NCBI GenBank assembly: GCA_965178125.1
Contig: OZ237752.1
Coordinates: 806,001-870,000, forward strand
Direction: 5' to 3'
From: Bilabrum cf. latius
Lineage: Eukaryota
Length of the DNA stretch: 64,000 nt
Shown here: positions 37,701-50,341 of the stretch, one piece after another
How the letters are laid out: the number at the start of each line of letters is the position of its first letter
Position numbering within the stretch: position 1 is the first letter of the stretch
Position numbers and translations under genes: made by a program
Notes under the pieces: generated by a model
What the model was told of the DNA's origin: nothing
What the model saw: only the letters and a program-made list of their open reading frames with translations
Database searches by the model: none

Positions 37701-40700
37701 AAACGTGAGCCGGCCACGTGGACTCGCCACGTCGACGGGAGCCTGTGCTAATCGGACAGGCTACCGGCGTCAATCGTAGGCACCGTTGACGTTGAGTGCG
37801 AACCCTTGCTTCCGCTGCCTAGCGTAGTTGCGGACTGTGGGTCATACTGTACTACACGCTCAGAGCTCGACGTGTCTGCCGGCAAGCTTTGGATTGCATC
37901 CAGCAAGACGGGCGGCATGAGTCTCGTGATAGCAGCGAACACCTTCTTCTTCCTTTCTGTCAGCTTGGCTGACAGCTTTTGAAGCTCGACCAAGATCTAG
38001 TCTCCCAACTTGACAATGACCGCGCCCTGCTAGTCGTGCACAAACGCGCTGACCAGAGCAAGAAGTACGCCTTGCAGGCCTAGCAAAACGCGCCAAAGTG
38101 AAGCTACTCGCGTCTGGAGAGGCTAAAACTCTCCATCACACAGCATGACCGGTTCAGTTGCCGCAGGAGAGGAAGGAAGCTCCCCACCTGACGCCGCATG
38201 ATTGCCCCATTCTGTGGAAGAAATAAGCACGTCCACCAAGGCGACCGTGGAGACAAAACAGAGGATTACGAGCCTGCCGCATTGCGTGGGCCTGCCAAGT
38301 CCGTGAAGGTCTGTCCCGTACAGAAAGACCGTGGCCAGAAGCATCATGATGGAAACTGAGGCTGGCAAGAAGGCCATCGTCAGTCGGCTGATGCATCCAG
38401 TTGTAGCGCCCATAAGGGCTCGACCTCTAGATAGCCATGAGCACACCAGCAGCACTGTCAGCATGACAACATTTCCCAGAGCGTACCATCTGCCATCTTC
38501 ACTGTCACCCGTAAGCAGCACAGCGTGCTCAGTGTCCCGGGCGCCTCGTTTGCACCGCCTGCGGAGTAGCAGAACACCGGAAATGCAGACCACCAGTGCA
38601 CCGCCAAGAATGGAAGGAAGAGCTGCAATGACTGCGTCTGTCCCAGCCGTAGATCTTTTGCTGACAGCTACCGTCGCTGCAGTTCTTCCAGCGTAGAGCA
38701 GGCTGTATACTAGTAGGAGCGCAGCGCACCCAGCTGCCATGAAGGGACTCTGGACTAGCCTGGTCGATGCAGACCTTCGGAAGCGGAATTGGTCCGCCGT
38801 AAGCTGCTTGTCGAACCGATTGGAGTTCAACAAGCTGCTGCTAGCTACTGGTTCTCCCTCTGTAGAAACCTTTCGCATGAGTCGCTGTATTGGTTTCGTG
38901 TCGACCTCCCTATCAGTCCCCCATGACGTGGGCTCCACCGCGGCATTCAACCTATCACCCGATGACTGGTCCTTCCAAAGCGACTGAGCTGCCCGAAACA
39001 TGCGCTTTCCCTTGGCTGTGCTTGATTTGGACTGCTTGCCAGCCACTTGCAGGAGCACCTGCTCGGCGCCAACTTTGAGGCTGGGAATACCCAGCTCCTT
39101 GCGTATGCGCGCGTCTAGCGCCTTGCACGATTCTGCTGGGGTAGGGTACATGAAGTATCCTCCAGTGCTATCAGAACTGTCATACATCCCTGAAACGGAC
39201 TTGCCCGATTCGGAGGAGGAGCCCGGATCCATAATGATGCTGGAGCCGTCAGCCTCGCTCTCCTTGCTGGGATCAGCCTGCACGATCGGCCCAATAGGCG
39301 GATCGATGACGTTTCGGCTCATCACAGACAGGCCCTGCTCGGCATCTTCTGTCCTGGCACCACCAGCATCTGGCGCTGGAGCGGCGGACTCGTTCAGTAG
39401 CCCAGCTGCCTGCTCCTCAGATGGGTCATCGCCCTGCACGGCAGAGGCGAGGCCTTTGATCCGCTTGAGGTGCAGCACCACCCTGGCTTCTGCAGATGAA
39501 CTCTACCTGTAGTGCCGCTTTGGCAGATGGTGCTATACCACTCCTCCTGCTTGGCGCAATTGAGGGGTACGCACTTTCGCTGTCGATGCCTGGCTAGTAG
39601 CGGAGGCGCCATCAATCTGGTAGAAGTGGTTCGCTGGGACCGTTGCACCGAATGCAGCCGCATCGATGGGCATGGGCTTTCTGGGGCACAACGCAGAGAT
39701 CGCCTTGGCCTCCTTCCTCACCTAGTCCCTCCACTGCAGGAAGAAGTTGTGCTCCATGCGGGCGAGATCGTGCTCAGTCATGCGGCCGGAATTGCCCCTC
39801 CGAGCCACCACGCGCCACGGCGCGGCAAGCTTCCGACTGCGCCGATCCATCTCACCCTGCCCTATGGACTCGTCAACCGATGCGTACACAATGCCCCAGC
39901 AGGTGGGGCTCTGCAGCCTCTCCATGGCGCGCGCACTGAGCCTGAGCCCGGGGCCCTGGCTGGCAAGAGTCTAAGCCTCCGACGCTCCGTCCCCGAACAC
40001 GCTCCAGCGATGGGCAGACTTTTGCGAAGACATAAATCCGCACACTGACGTGCTTCCGTACGCGACACCAGCGCCCAGTCGGACAGAGCAACCCGGGTGC
40101 ACAGCATCTTTACGTTCCAGTGCTTGTGACGCCTTCACTGCCAGTTCGACCGCTGTGGAAATGTTGAAGCAGCCGGCTGCGTCTAGTGTGATGGGCTGCT
40201 CGCCCTCCCCCAGGTCAGCGTCAAGCCTCCCGGATGCAGAGGCAGAATCATCGTTGCCGCTAGCTTCTGATTGATCCTTCACCTGGCCGGCCATGTGATC
40301 AGCATTGTGGCTGGTCGCCCTCAGGTCTCTCTAGAACACCTCAGATCCCTCTCCGTGCACAGCCACCACCACGTCCTGGCCAACCACAGACACGCAGGTG
40401 GCACGCCCACGGAAGGTGGTTGACTTGAGGACCTTCTCGATGGCTCCCACTGCAAGGAGCGATGCCTTGGCTTTTAGCTCATCAAAGTGCTGCTGCCTCA
40501 TGCTGCTGCTCGTCCTGCCAAGGCGCCTATCACCTGGGCCCTCGCCGGGGATACGGCCATCGGCAGTCGCTGGCAGCTGCCCAGGACCCAAGAGGTTGCT
40601 GACCATGTCGGATCGCCTGCCAGCCTGGCTTGAGTCGCTGTCCGTGCTTATGGTGCTGGTGGAGTCGCTGTCCGAGTCACTCAGGTTGACCTCATCGAGC

Positions 40701-41923
40701 GCGCTTCGGTCGAGCAGCACGGGGACAGGCGCCGGGGTTGCGTCCGGCTTTGGATTCTGCTGCGCAGCGGCCAAGGCCGCGCTCACGTCCGAGTATATCC
40801 TCATGATGAGCACGGCGGTTGTCTGCTCCAATTCCACCCCTGTCGTGTCGCCGTGTAGCAGCCTAAGAGCAAAGGGGGGCATCTGCACGCGGGCCGCTCG
40901 TATGGCCAGCTTGTGGCTGGTTTCGACCTTCGATGCTGCAGTCAGGCAGTAGTGAACCCTATTTTGTACAATCGTCGCCGTGTATCGTCTCGCTGACACG
41001 TACACAAAGGCGAGCATAATGTACGGAGTAGTGTCCGTAAGCAGATGCACAGCCAGCGGGACCAGGCTCCCCCCGCCCGAGTACAGCAAGCTGGAGGCCG
41101 ATTGCCCGCGTCCAAGACTGAAGCACAGCGTCCATATAATGTACAGTGCTGATGAAACGCCGTAGCATGAGGCAAAGTACGAGAAGAAAGGCGTGGCTGA
41201 GGCAAGTACTGTGATTGGAGCCAGAAAGGACACGCACCATGCCCCTGCACCCGACCGGCTCTCCACCGAATCCACGATTATCCCGAAAAGCAGTGCCATA
41301 ACGAAAATAAAAAGGGAGGTCCAAGCTGCCGGTTGCCATTTAGCACCACACACTTCGATGGTCTGGAACAGCCACGCATCGGCGCACGACGCGCAGCCCC
41401 GGCCACGCAGGCTGGTAGTGTGCGCCAACATGGTACCGTCCACGGTCCCATGTGGTGCCCCATGCGTACCAGATTGAGGTTCATCCCCATTAGGAAGACT
41501 TGCCTTGCGCTCCCAGTCAATGCTGTGGCTGACGTAGTCATCCCTGGCAGCAACATGGTCTACAGCAACAGCGCCACGCTACTAGCCTGGCCGTGATGTA
41601 ATTATGATAGCTCGTGTTAAGCCTGACACTGCTTGCACCCTGGTAAACGCTGCCCAAAGCAGCAGCCACGCTACAGCAAGCAATGGATACAGGACAAAGC
41701 GAGAGGTTTCACCGGAGTACGAGTCCCACACGTCGGTAGGGGCTCCTGGAGAATTTGAAGCATCCTGAATCAATATCTTGTGCTGCAGCGGGCTCATCAA
41801 GAAAGCCAGGACAATGGCAGAACTGACAGCCGCGTGAAGTGCGATACCCGAACAGTCAGACGCACATGAGCCCGGTTCCAAGTCAAGTTGCAAGTATGGA
41901 AAGCACCGCAGCGCGTTATTCAC
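31754..41923 (-). CDS. Giant (>=3,390 aa) fusion: TM cluster - class III cyclase-like domain - TM cluster - second cyclase-like domain - AGC-type Ser/Thr kinase split by a ~660-aa activation-loop insert; 5' end unresolved
   Basis: Sixteen listed minus-strand ORFs share one frame; the ends I checked are TAG, and the final stop is TGA at 31754. Cyclase-like motifs: RLGAGVAYGS..CGF..RWSVFGDG and AAVHVGGVVLGTMG..WDAYGRG. Kinase motifs: LGAGAFGKV, AALK, HRDIKPAN, DFGLAK, then GSPAYIAPE, DWYSLGV, HPYFSKVDW. Confidence 0.78.
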
Positions 41924-42467
41924 AGAAACTTGCTAACGTTCAACTTCGCGTCGGCGATCTGCGACGATGTGGGACAATGGAGCATCCAAGTCACCGTGCA
42001 ATCAACACTGTTTGGAAATGACGTGATGGACGACAGCGCTGCGAGACTCTCGAAAACATACCTTGGTATAAAACAGCGAAAACTCTCTAGATCCATGCTT
42101 GCAGGGCAAACGGATTTGACTGGCTGTGCAGTACAGACGAAGAACTCTACATTTAGCTTGATTCAACCGATTGCAGGTCGAGACGCGCTACGTACGGTCA
42201 GCCGAAGCAACCTATTATCGAATCACAGAGCTTGGGATCGTGATGGGGAATACTTGCTGTCGGCCAACGCACGGGATTGGCCGCCACTCGTGTTCGAAGC
42301 CTCGTAAATTTAGCTTGCGACGCCACAAATCCCACGTCGCCTGTTGTGGTCGCAACACAATCATGCCTCACGTGACCGATCGGATCTTTGCGACAACGAT
42401 CTTGCTCTCCAGATACACTTCTTGGGCAACACTAGCACACCCTTGATACTTTTGTTTGTTTCCACAT

Positions 42468-43925
42468 TCATAGCAACGTCACCCGCCTTGCATCAACGGG
42501 AGAGAGGTCGGCGGGCCTTGCCATCTTCGCCAGAGCATCGGGCACCTGCAGCAGCCCGTCCCGAACAAACCAATCCCGCAGCGGCTTGCCGCCATCCGAT
42601 CCCGACTTAACTTCCCCGGAATTGCTGGCAGGCCCAGTGGCTCCGTCTGCATCAGCCGCGGCCAAAGCGGCCTCAGCCACCGCCAGCAGGTCGCTCGCCA
42701 GCGCCATGCCGTCACCGAGGTTGGAACCCTCGTAAGCGTACCGCAGCAAGGCGCATGTGCCGATCCACGGCGATGGAGCTGCAGGGGCGGTGGGCGACGG
42801 GCCCGCTGCTCCTGAAGCAGCCGCCGGTGCGGGCGCTGCCGCCAGCTCCGCAGCAGTACCCTACTCAGCCGTCTATGTCGAGGCAGAGCCAACGGCGGCG
42901 CCACCGCCGGTAGCACGCAGAGCAATGGCTTGCCTCATGATGCGGTGCGCCTGGCCACACAGGTCAACACCGAAGAACAGGGGAGCGACCTGCTCCGTGC
43001 TCGCCCTGGCGACCGCTAGATCGTGAGGGGTTACCAAGCTGGCGATTTCAGGGGGTCCTTTCGAGGGAGCAGCAGCAGTCTCCAAACTTGAAGGCGCGTC
43101 CCACCCCGTTGCTTCGGCCAGCCCCGCCACCCCGAGCTCCTTCGCCTCCGTGTCCCCGGCGCGCACTTGCCCAGCCTCTCGCGCTGCTCGGCGGATCGAA
43201 CTGCTTTCGGATCGTGCCGCAATAGCTTCGGAGGGGCTGCGGATATCAATGCCGAGGGAAGCTAGCGACTTGGCTGCTGGCGTGCCCGCTGAGGGCGAGC
43301 ACCAAGCAGGTGCCTCCGCAACAGAGTCCGAGCTGCCTACCGCTTGCAGGCCCGGCGCAACTAGAAGGAGGGAGCGTATGCTGGGAGTAGCAGAGCTAGG
43401 TGACACGGGTTTTAGCGCTTTATCAGGTCGGAGCGATGCATCGGTACCGCCAATGACCACGAGACCACGTGCTCGCAGGGACATCGCAACCGAAGCTATA
43501 TCGAACGCAGCTACTTCCTCGAGATCGTCTTCACAGTGCGTCCGCTACTAGATCAACACAATTCCGGTGTTTCCTGCGCCGCATGGCAGGAAGTGCACCT
43601 CTACTGCACTGCTTGGTACCCTTGCAGTAAACCCTCCCGTGCCTGCCAGTGGATGAACGGATTCCAGTGACAGACTCGTCGAGACACGGTCCGGCAACTA
43701 GTAACTAGCAAGAAGAATGTCGATAGCCATCTAGCCGATGTGACCGACGCCTACAGCTGGCTGCGACAGCGAAAAGCAAGGGGCGGCATCAAACCTTCAA
43801 GCGCTATGCACGATAGAATTCTGGCATAGTACAACCCCAATACTTGTTCTTACGCATACTACCAACGTATTGCGAGTGCCGATTGCATCCAGTACTGCCT
43901 GCATTGAATATACGTCTGCACTCAT
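42468..43925 (-). CDS. PSMG2: Proteasome assembly chaperone 2 (PAC2); intron 43761-43853
   Basis: TLVVC|PAVGVGHIG(TAG)MAIDILL, VLI(TAG)(TAG)RT and YEGSNLGDGMALA resemble the PAC2 motifs PAVSVGNVGQLAVDLL, QQRS and EGDNxxDA. Ends at TGA. Confidence 0.8.
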
Positions 43926-44034
43926 AGCGCACGCGAGAGTAACCTAGATCTATTCGGAGCACGGATCCGATCGGATCAAGGTGTCGGGCCAACCAAGCCG
44001 ACTTCCTAAAACTCCGATCGCAGGACTCTGCAAC

Positions 44035-47000
44035 TTAATACACCGACTGGGAGTCGCTGCCCCCCAGCATGCGGCTCCGCGTCATGTCGCCCATCACGGA
44101 GCGAGCCACGCGAGGCGAGCCCTGGACCAGCCCGCGGCGGGATGATGACCCCGGCGTCTCGAGCCTTGCCGGTCCACGGCGCCCCCCTCTCAGGCTCGTG
44201 ATGGACCCGCGCCTGCTCCTGCGCCCGCTCTTCAGGCCGCTGCCCATTCCCCGCTGCTGGAGGGGCTGGGGCGTGCGGGACCTGCGCCGGCTGCGGTCCC
44301 GCTCGTCCTCGTCGTCAGACCCTGGGAGCATGCGGGAGCCGCGCTCCTGCTCCCGGCGCCCGCGCGTCGATATGGAGCGGCCCCGCCGGACGTCAATGTT
44401 GCCGACACTACCGCGGCGGGAGGACCTGGACCTGCTGCTCACCCCTCGCTGGATGCCGCTGCCTCGCTGCTGCACGTGCTCGTGCTCGTCCTCCCCGCGC
44501 CTCTTGCTCTCCTCCTCCTCTTCATCGTCCTCGTCGTCCTGCACCAGCACGTCCCCGATGCCATCCGGCTCGTCACCATCGTCGTCGTCATCGTCCCTGC
44601 GCATGTTCCTGGCCGGCGACTCGTCGACGTCGCTCGCATAGTCCTCGCCCCCCTCCATACCCATCCCACCTCGGGGGGTAGACCGGAGCTGCTCTTGCTA
44701 TTGCTGCAGCTGCAGCTGCTCCTGCTGCCGAAGGGCGTCCTGGGCATCTCTGAGCCTGTCAAGTACCTGGCGCTTGGCACCGGAGCCGATCCCGCTCGCG
44801 TCGTCGTTGCGACTGACACCCACTGCCGTGCTGAAGGGGAACCGCGCCATGACCTCCTCGTCTTCGCTGTCAGAATAGATGGGCTCGTTCCACGGGCCAG
44901 CCCCCATGATGTCCCTGCCCTTGCCGTTGCGCTGGCCGGCGGCAAAACCGCTGGGGCCGGTGGTATCAGCGGGGCTCGTGGTCCAGTCCGCCGCTCTGAC
45001 ACCGCCGCCCGCCTTGGCACCTGGCATGCCCAAGGACCCGCCACCCAGCCAGCTGCTCTGAGCTGCGCCCAGGTCCTGGCCCACGTCACCAATGGCGGGG
45101 CGCCCCGCCACCCATCCCATCTCCACCTTGGACTGGTCGTCCGCGAAGGCGCGAGAAGCGATCGAGTCAGACGCGCCCCCGGCCGTCAGATACCCGTTGT
45201 TGTACCCGGGGGACATCCCGCCCTGCCGGAAGGCCAGCAGCTGCCTCTGCAGGAGTGCCCGCAGCTTGCCTTCTGCCACTTCAAACACGCACCCCGCGAT
45301 GTGCTGCTGCGCGCTCCGGAGCAGCGCCCGGAGCCCCTCCTGCTCATCGGAGGAGCGCACCACGTCCACGCACCCGCACAGCATGGCGTCGGCGCGGGTG
45401 ACCCGCCCTCGACCTCCTCCCCCCACCCGGCGGTCGCCGGACTGGGGTCCTTCCCTCGGGGTGTTCCCCCCCCTCCTCCTGTCGCTGTTGCCGTCCTTGC
45501 CCCCGTCAGCGCCCCCCGCGCCGCCGTTGGTCTCTCCTCCCAGGAGGCACACCACGGGCCGGGACCCGAAGACGCCCACCAGCCTTTCGCGCACCTTGGC
45601 GGCCGTGTCGCTGTCCTCCCACGCAGGGATGCGCCTGTCCTCAAAGCTCGGCAGGGAGCGGTCCTCGTCGATCGCGTGCAGGTACACCTGGGACATGTCG
45701 GCCGCGGGGGCCTGTGCGGTCCCGTTGCCGATGCGGGAGCCCTTCTTGGTGTGCTGGACCACACCACTGGCGGACATCTCGGCCTCGGTTGCGACCGCCA
45801 GCCACTCGAGAATCTCTGGAGACACGAGCACGATGTGCCCGCAGGCCTTGCCCTGGCCCGTCCACACCATCTTGGCGTAGCCCAGGAGGTCTGCCTGCAC
45901 CGACACGCTGGCGGTGCCACGGGAGGCGCGGTCCACGCCCTCCACGACCTGCTTGGCGTCAGGGACGGATCGTGTGACGAGTGCGATGCTCAGCGCGTGC
46001 TTGTGGTCGAAGTCCCTCACTTCGTTGAGGATGCTCTCGATGAGCGCCATGGCCTGCCTCTGCGCGAAGGGATCGTCAAAGCCGCCGGCTCGCTCGGACA
46101 TCATGGAATCGGAGTCGATGTCCTCGAGGTACGCAAACTCTCCCGTGGCCTCATCTCCCATGTAGTCGTCGTCCTCGGACGCGGGCAGGGACCTCTGGTC
46201 GTAAGATTCGATAGCCAGCTGCCTGACCCTGTCCGCGCGGTCCCTGCTCCTTGATCGGGCGGACTTGCGACCGGTCTTGCTGCCGCTGCCCGAGTCCCCC
46301 TAGGACAAGGACTTGGATCCCTTGGTGCCTTTCTTGGCCTCGTTGTTCTTGCGAGCAAACGCGAGGGGCTTGGTGTCGAGTACGACCCACTTGAGCCACC
46401 ACGCCATGCCACTGTACATGTTCTTGGAAACAAGGTCTGCAACGGCGTGCATGACGAGGCTGTCCTCCACAGAAATGACGCCGCTGCCCTCGGGGCCGAG
46501 CAGCCATAGGATGGGGAAGAGGCACCAGGACGAGAAGAAGATCGCCGCGACGCCCCACAGCCAAGAACGAGCGTGCTCGGGGTACGACTCGGATGCGCGC
46601 TGAAAGGTGCTGAATGCGATCCTGAAGAGAGCTGCTCCGGCAAGAAGGCCAACAGCAAACAGCGCCGCCTTGGCGATGCCCTTGTAAAAGATAGCCGAGA
46701 CACCCGCCACAATCATGACCTGATCAAGCACGAGTGCACCCAGGGTCGCCATCGGGCTCTTGAACTTCCGACCCTTCGGAAGGTTGGTGAGATTCAGCAG
46801 AAGCACTGGACATGTGCAAAGCCAGCCCCCATACCGAAGCCAGGCGAACGGGAGGCCGTCCTCCCCGATCGGGACCACAGTTTGGTCGGCGAATAAGAGG
46901 CTCAGTAGGTACGTTAAAGGCTCAACGGCAGCCACGTATATACTGCAAAGCAAAAACAAAAGCTTTTAAAATTTGAAAATATTGGTAGAATCTCATGTGC

Positions 47001-47311
47001 AGTGCTAGGTTGCAGCACAAAAGTCTTACACTTCCCAGCCGCACCTTCCGTTGAGTCGCTGCGCTACTAAAGGGAATTAAAGGCTACTGACATATGCTTC
47101 AGAGCCAGAATTATGGGAAGGGCATTTGCACAATTCACTGTTAGCTGCTTCACCTGGGTATAATAGAATCCCAGTTGCAGGATGCACACGAGTATCACTG
47201 TGGCGCCTGCATTGGGGGAGGATTGAATTCGGCAATTCTGGCGACATAATGAAGATTTTTGGATTCGAGCATCATACTTACTAAATAATCAACATGTTCA
47301 CTTGCTATCAT
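44035..47311 (-). CDS. Channelrhodopsin 1 (anion-channel-like) with degenerate receiver-like domain and long disordered tail, ~1000 aa; exons ~47278-47311, 47154-47206, 47030-47058, 44035-46942
   Basis: Spliced sequence reads CGWEVIYVAAVE, WLRYGGWLCTCPVLL, LVLDQVMIVAG, SWCLFPILWLLGPEG and ADLVSKN (retinal Lys). Continues through TAG at 46300 and 44698 to TAA. The first exon is tentative. Confidence 0.88.
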
Positions 47312-47669
47312 GGAGCTTCAGCACCAGAATCGCGTGCATGAATGCATGCCTGTATTGTCACAGTGACAACGCCACTTGACGAAGATGTCTCACTGGAGTA
47401 CACTCGAAGGTCAAGCTCGACATCGATTGGCATATTTTGTAATAATCACTCGTAAGTTTACTGCACGCAGCTACAACTTGCAGCCTTATGCAACCAGAAA
47501 GTGTAAAGTGGAGTGCCCCGGAGCGAGCACACAATTGGGAAGAGACGCGCGCCGCCGTCACACTCGCGTTTTGATAACGTGCTCACATCTTTGCCGACGT
47601 GCACCTGAACGGAAACAGGTTGACAGACGTATACATTGTCTCTCTTGCATCTACAAATACGTTTTCGGA

Positions 47670-50122
47670 ATGTCGGATGCAGATGGCGATTCTCAGATTG
47701 ATGGGGAGCTTGTGAGAGAGTCGAACAATGCGACAGAGCCATGTGGCCGACATCCAACCGTATTTTATGCACATCCCATGATATAGTTACTAGAGCCTTA
47801 CCGTCATTTTTCGCAGAACTTACGCATATACAGTAGTAAGTGCCGAGCAGACAGACCGATTCTGTGCGTCCACCACCCGCCGCGTGCCTTAAATACCCTA
47901 CTTGTACAACTGTGCTGATCCCTTTATTCGTATTGCAGCTGCTGTTGTGATCATCATATCAATGATTCAACTTGCATTCTATCTATACCAAAGGACAAAG
48001 GGCAAGGCTTCGTGGGAGATCATTTACGTCTCGTGAGCCACCGCAGAAATACCCTTGCGTACGAGACTTCATTTCCCGGTGTCTTGTCATGTAGCCGCTA
48101 AATACTATGAATGTGGGCCTGTAATGTTTAAAATACTCTTTTGCAGGTGTTTTGAACCTCTGTGCTATGCCATGGCACTGCTATTCGAGGGGGACGCGTC
48201 GGTCACACTCAGCAATGGAGGCTCCTTCGCGTGGCTCAGGTACGCCTCGTGGCTTGCAACCTGCCCAGCACTGCTTTGCAGTCTATTTTCTATGCCACTT
48301 ACGACCAGGTCACAGAATCCACGAGAGCTTCTCGCAGCTCTCCTCTTGGATCAGCTGATGGTGCTCCTCGGCGTAAGCTCCGTTTTCTACACCGGCACCA
48401 GCAAGACAATCCTCTTTGTGATGGCCGTCATGTGCGGGGTGGCTCTCCTGTACCTCGGATATCGTAACTACGAGCGCTCAGCCAAGAGTTACGAGGTGGA
48501 AGGCGTCCCAAAATCTGCAAAGGCCTGGCTGCGAGCTCTGGTGCTGACTTGGGCGGGCTCATGGGTATGGTTTCCCGTCCTCTTCCTACTGGGACCAACT
48601 GGGTCCAATGTCATTTCAGAGGGCGATTCCATTGTTCTTCATGCTGTTGCCGACGTGAGATGCTTTTGAACCCTTGGAGTCATGCGTTCGCCAAGTTGGT
48701 GGTAGCGTTCAACCGCCCCCACCGAGATAGGGTTCCTCCCCACCTCTCCCTCCACCGCAGCTGCTCAGCAAGAACCTGTATGGCACGCTCGCGTGGATCC
48801 TCAAGTTCAGCGTGCTGATCGAATACGACAGGCACATCGCGGCACAGGCCAAGAAGAGGGGAGTGGTTACCAAGGCCGCAAAGGACGCGACGCACGAGGG
48901 CCAGCGGGACGTCCTGACCCTCGCCCTCACCATGGCAGGCTCATCGAGCTCCCCCGCGGCCATCGGCTCCGGCGATGCCTCCGGCAGCTGGATTTCGCCC
49001 GAAGACGCCATCGGGGTCGCCGACACGCTCATCAGCTCCATCCGCAAGCAGTTCTTCCACACCCGGGCCACGGTCTACGCCATCGCACCGACACCGAAGG
49101 CCGCCCGAAAGATGCAGGCAGTGGTGCGGCAGTGCGGCAGCCAGGGAGCCGCCCGCTGCGTGGTGGTGCCCGTGCAGTCCCTGCAGCAATTCCGCTACCT
49201 TCTGTCCTCCAAGGCGATCGAGCGCAAGGCCCTCATCCTCGCCGGAGATGGCGCCATCCTCGACGCCGCCAACGAAGCGCGCCGAAGCAGGCAGCAGCGC
49301 GATGCGAAAAACGGCGACGCTGCCGCCGTTGACGCGCTCGACGAGAGGTCCGTGAACGGATGGAACCACGCCCGCCAGCAGAAGATCGAAGAGGTGGCTG
49401 GCCTCTTTGGCGCCATCTTCGGCGGCCTTCCGGTGGTGTGCGTCACCGGGATCGTGCCGAGCGCCGCCGAGCAGATGGCCTCGAGGCTCAGGGACGGCGA
49501 AGTCGCATCAAAAGCGACCCCGGCCGTGGACCAGCAGGCGCTCATCACCAGCAGCCCAGCCCCACAAGTGAGCTCCAGCGAGGCGGGCCAGCTTGGCTGC
49601 AAGGCATACGTTGACCTCTCGGACGGAAGCAAGGCTCGGCGCCAGGTGCGGGCCGTGTTCGACAACTTTTTCGCCGCAGAAATGGGCGTCAATGTGGAGA
49701 AGGCGGATGCGGTGCTGCTCGAGGACACGGCGTCCGGGCTGCTGACGCTGGTCAACGGGGAGGCGTACACGGACTCTCTCGAGGGCGTCAAGCCCCGGCA
49801 GCAGCAGCAGACCCCGTATGGTGACAGCGTCGGCGGCTCGAGCGGCGGTAGAGGCGGTCGCCACGGGTCGGTGGACCTCCAGGACGTCAAGCTGGCCCAG
49901 ACTGGCGCCATCCGGTTCGGGGGCTTGGCCATCGGGGACGCGACTGTGGTGGGACCCACCAGTTCCTTCGGGTCGTTCGGCGGGTCGAAGGCAAAAGGCC
50001 ACCGCGGGCTGGACGAGATCGACTATGGCGAGTCTGGTGGTGCCGTGGACGGGGCTGGCATCAAGTCCAGCATCTCGAGGGCGCAGAGCCAGATGGCCCG
50101 CAAGTGGGGCGCAGGCCAATGA
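47670..50122 (+). CDS. Channelrhodopsin 2 (anion-channel-like) with degenerate receiver-like C-terminal domain, ~674 aa; exons 47670-47711, 47817-47835, 47939-48032, 48147-48654, 48761-50122
   Basis: Spliced sequence reads SWEIIYVSCFE, WLRYASWLATCPALL, LLLDQLMVLLG, SWVWFPVLFLLGPTG and AD|LLSKN. GT-AG introns give a continuous 2025-nt frame ending at TGA. Confidence 0.88.
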
Positions 50123-50341
50123 TCGGCACAGGCCCTCTTGAGTGGAGTGTTGCACTATTGTATGGTGTCTATGAAAAGTTTTGAAACTTCTGCGCTGGGC
50201 AACAAGGTTCCTTGGCCGCCTGCGGTGCGCCGGCCTGCAGGGCTACTTTCAAAGTTGTTCCAGAACTTTACCCAGCCAGATTCCAGCGATTTGTGTTTGA
50301 AGAACAATGGCAACAAACACACGCAAGCAGGTCACACCTTA

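Noticed and set aside
44476-46254. 592-aa plus-strand ORF and similar long overlapping ORFs (e.g. 12761-14176, 22994-23998)
   Set aside because: Shadow ORFs caused by high GC and codon bias opposite genuine genes; no recognisable motifs.
44035-50122. Ion-pump, enzyme-rhodopsin or potassium-channelrhodopsin assignment
   Set aside because: There is no DTD/DTE motif and no intact histidine kinase, cyclase or phosphodiesterase fused; the TCP/D pair and neutral counterion fit ACR-type channelrhodopsins.
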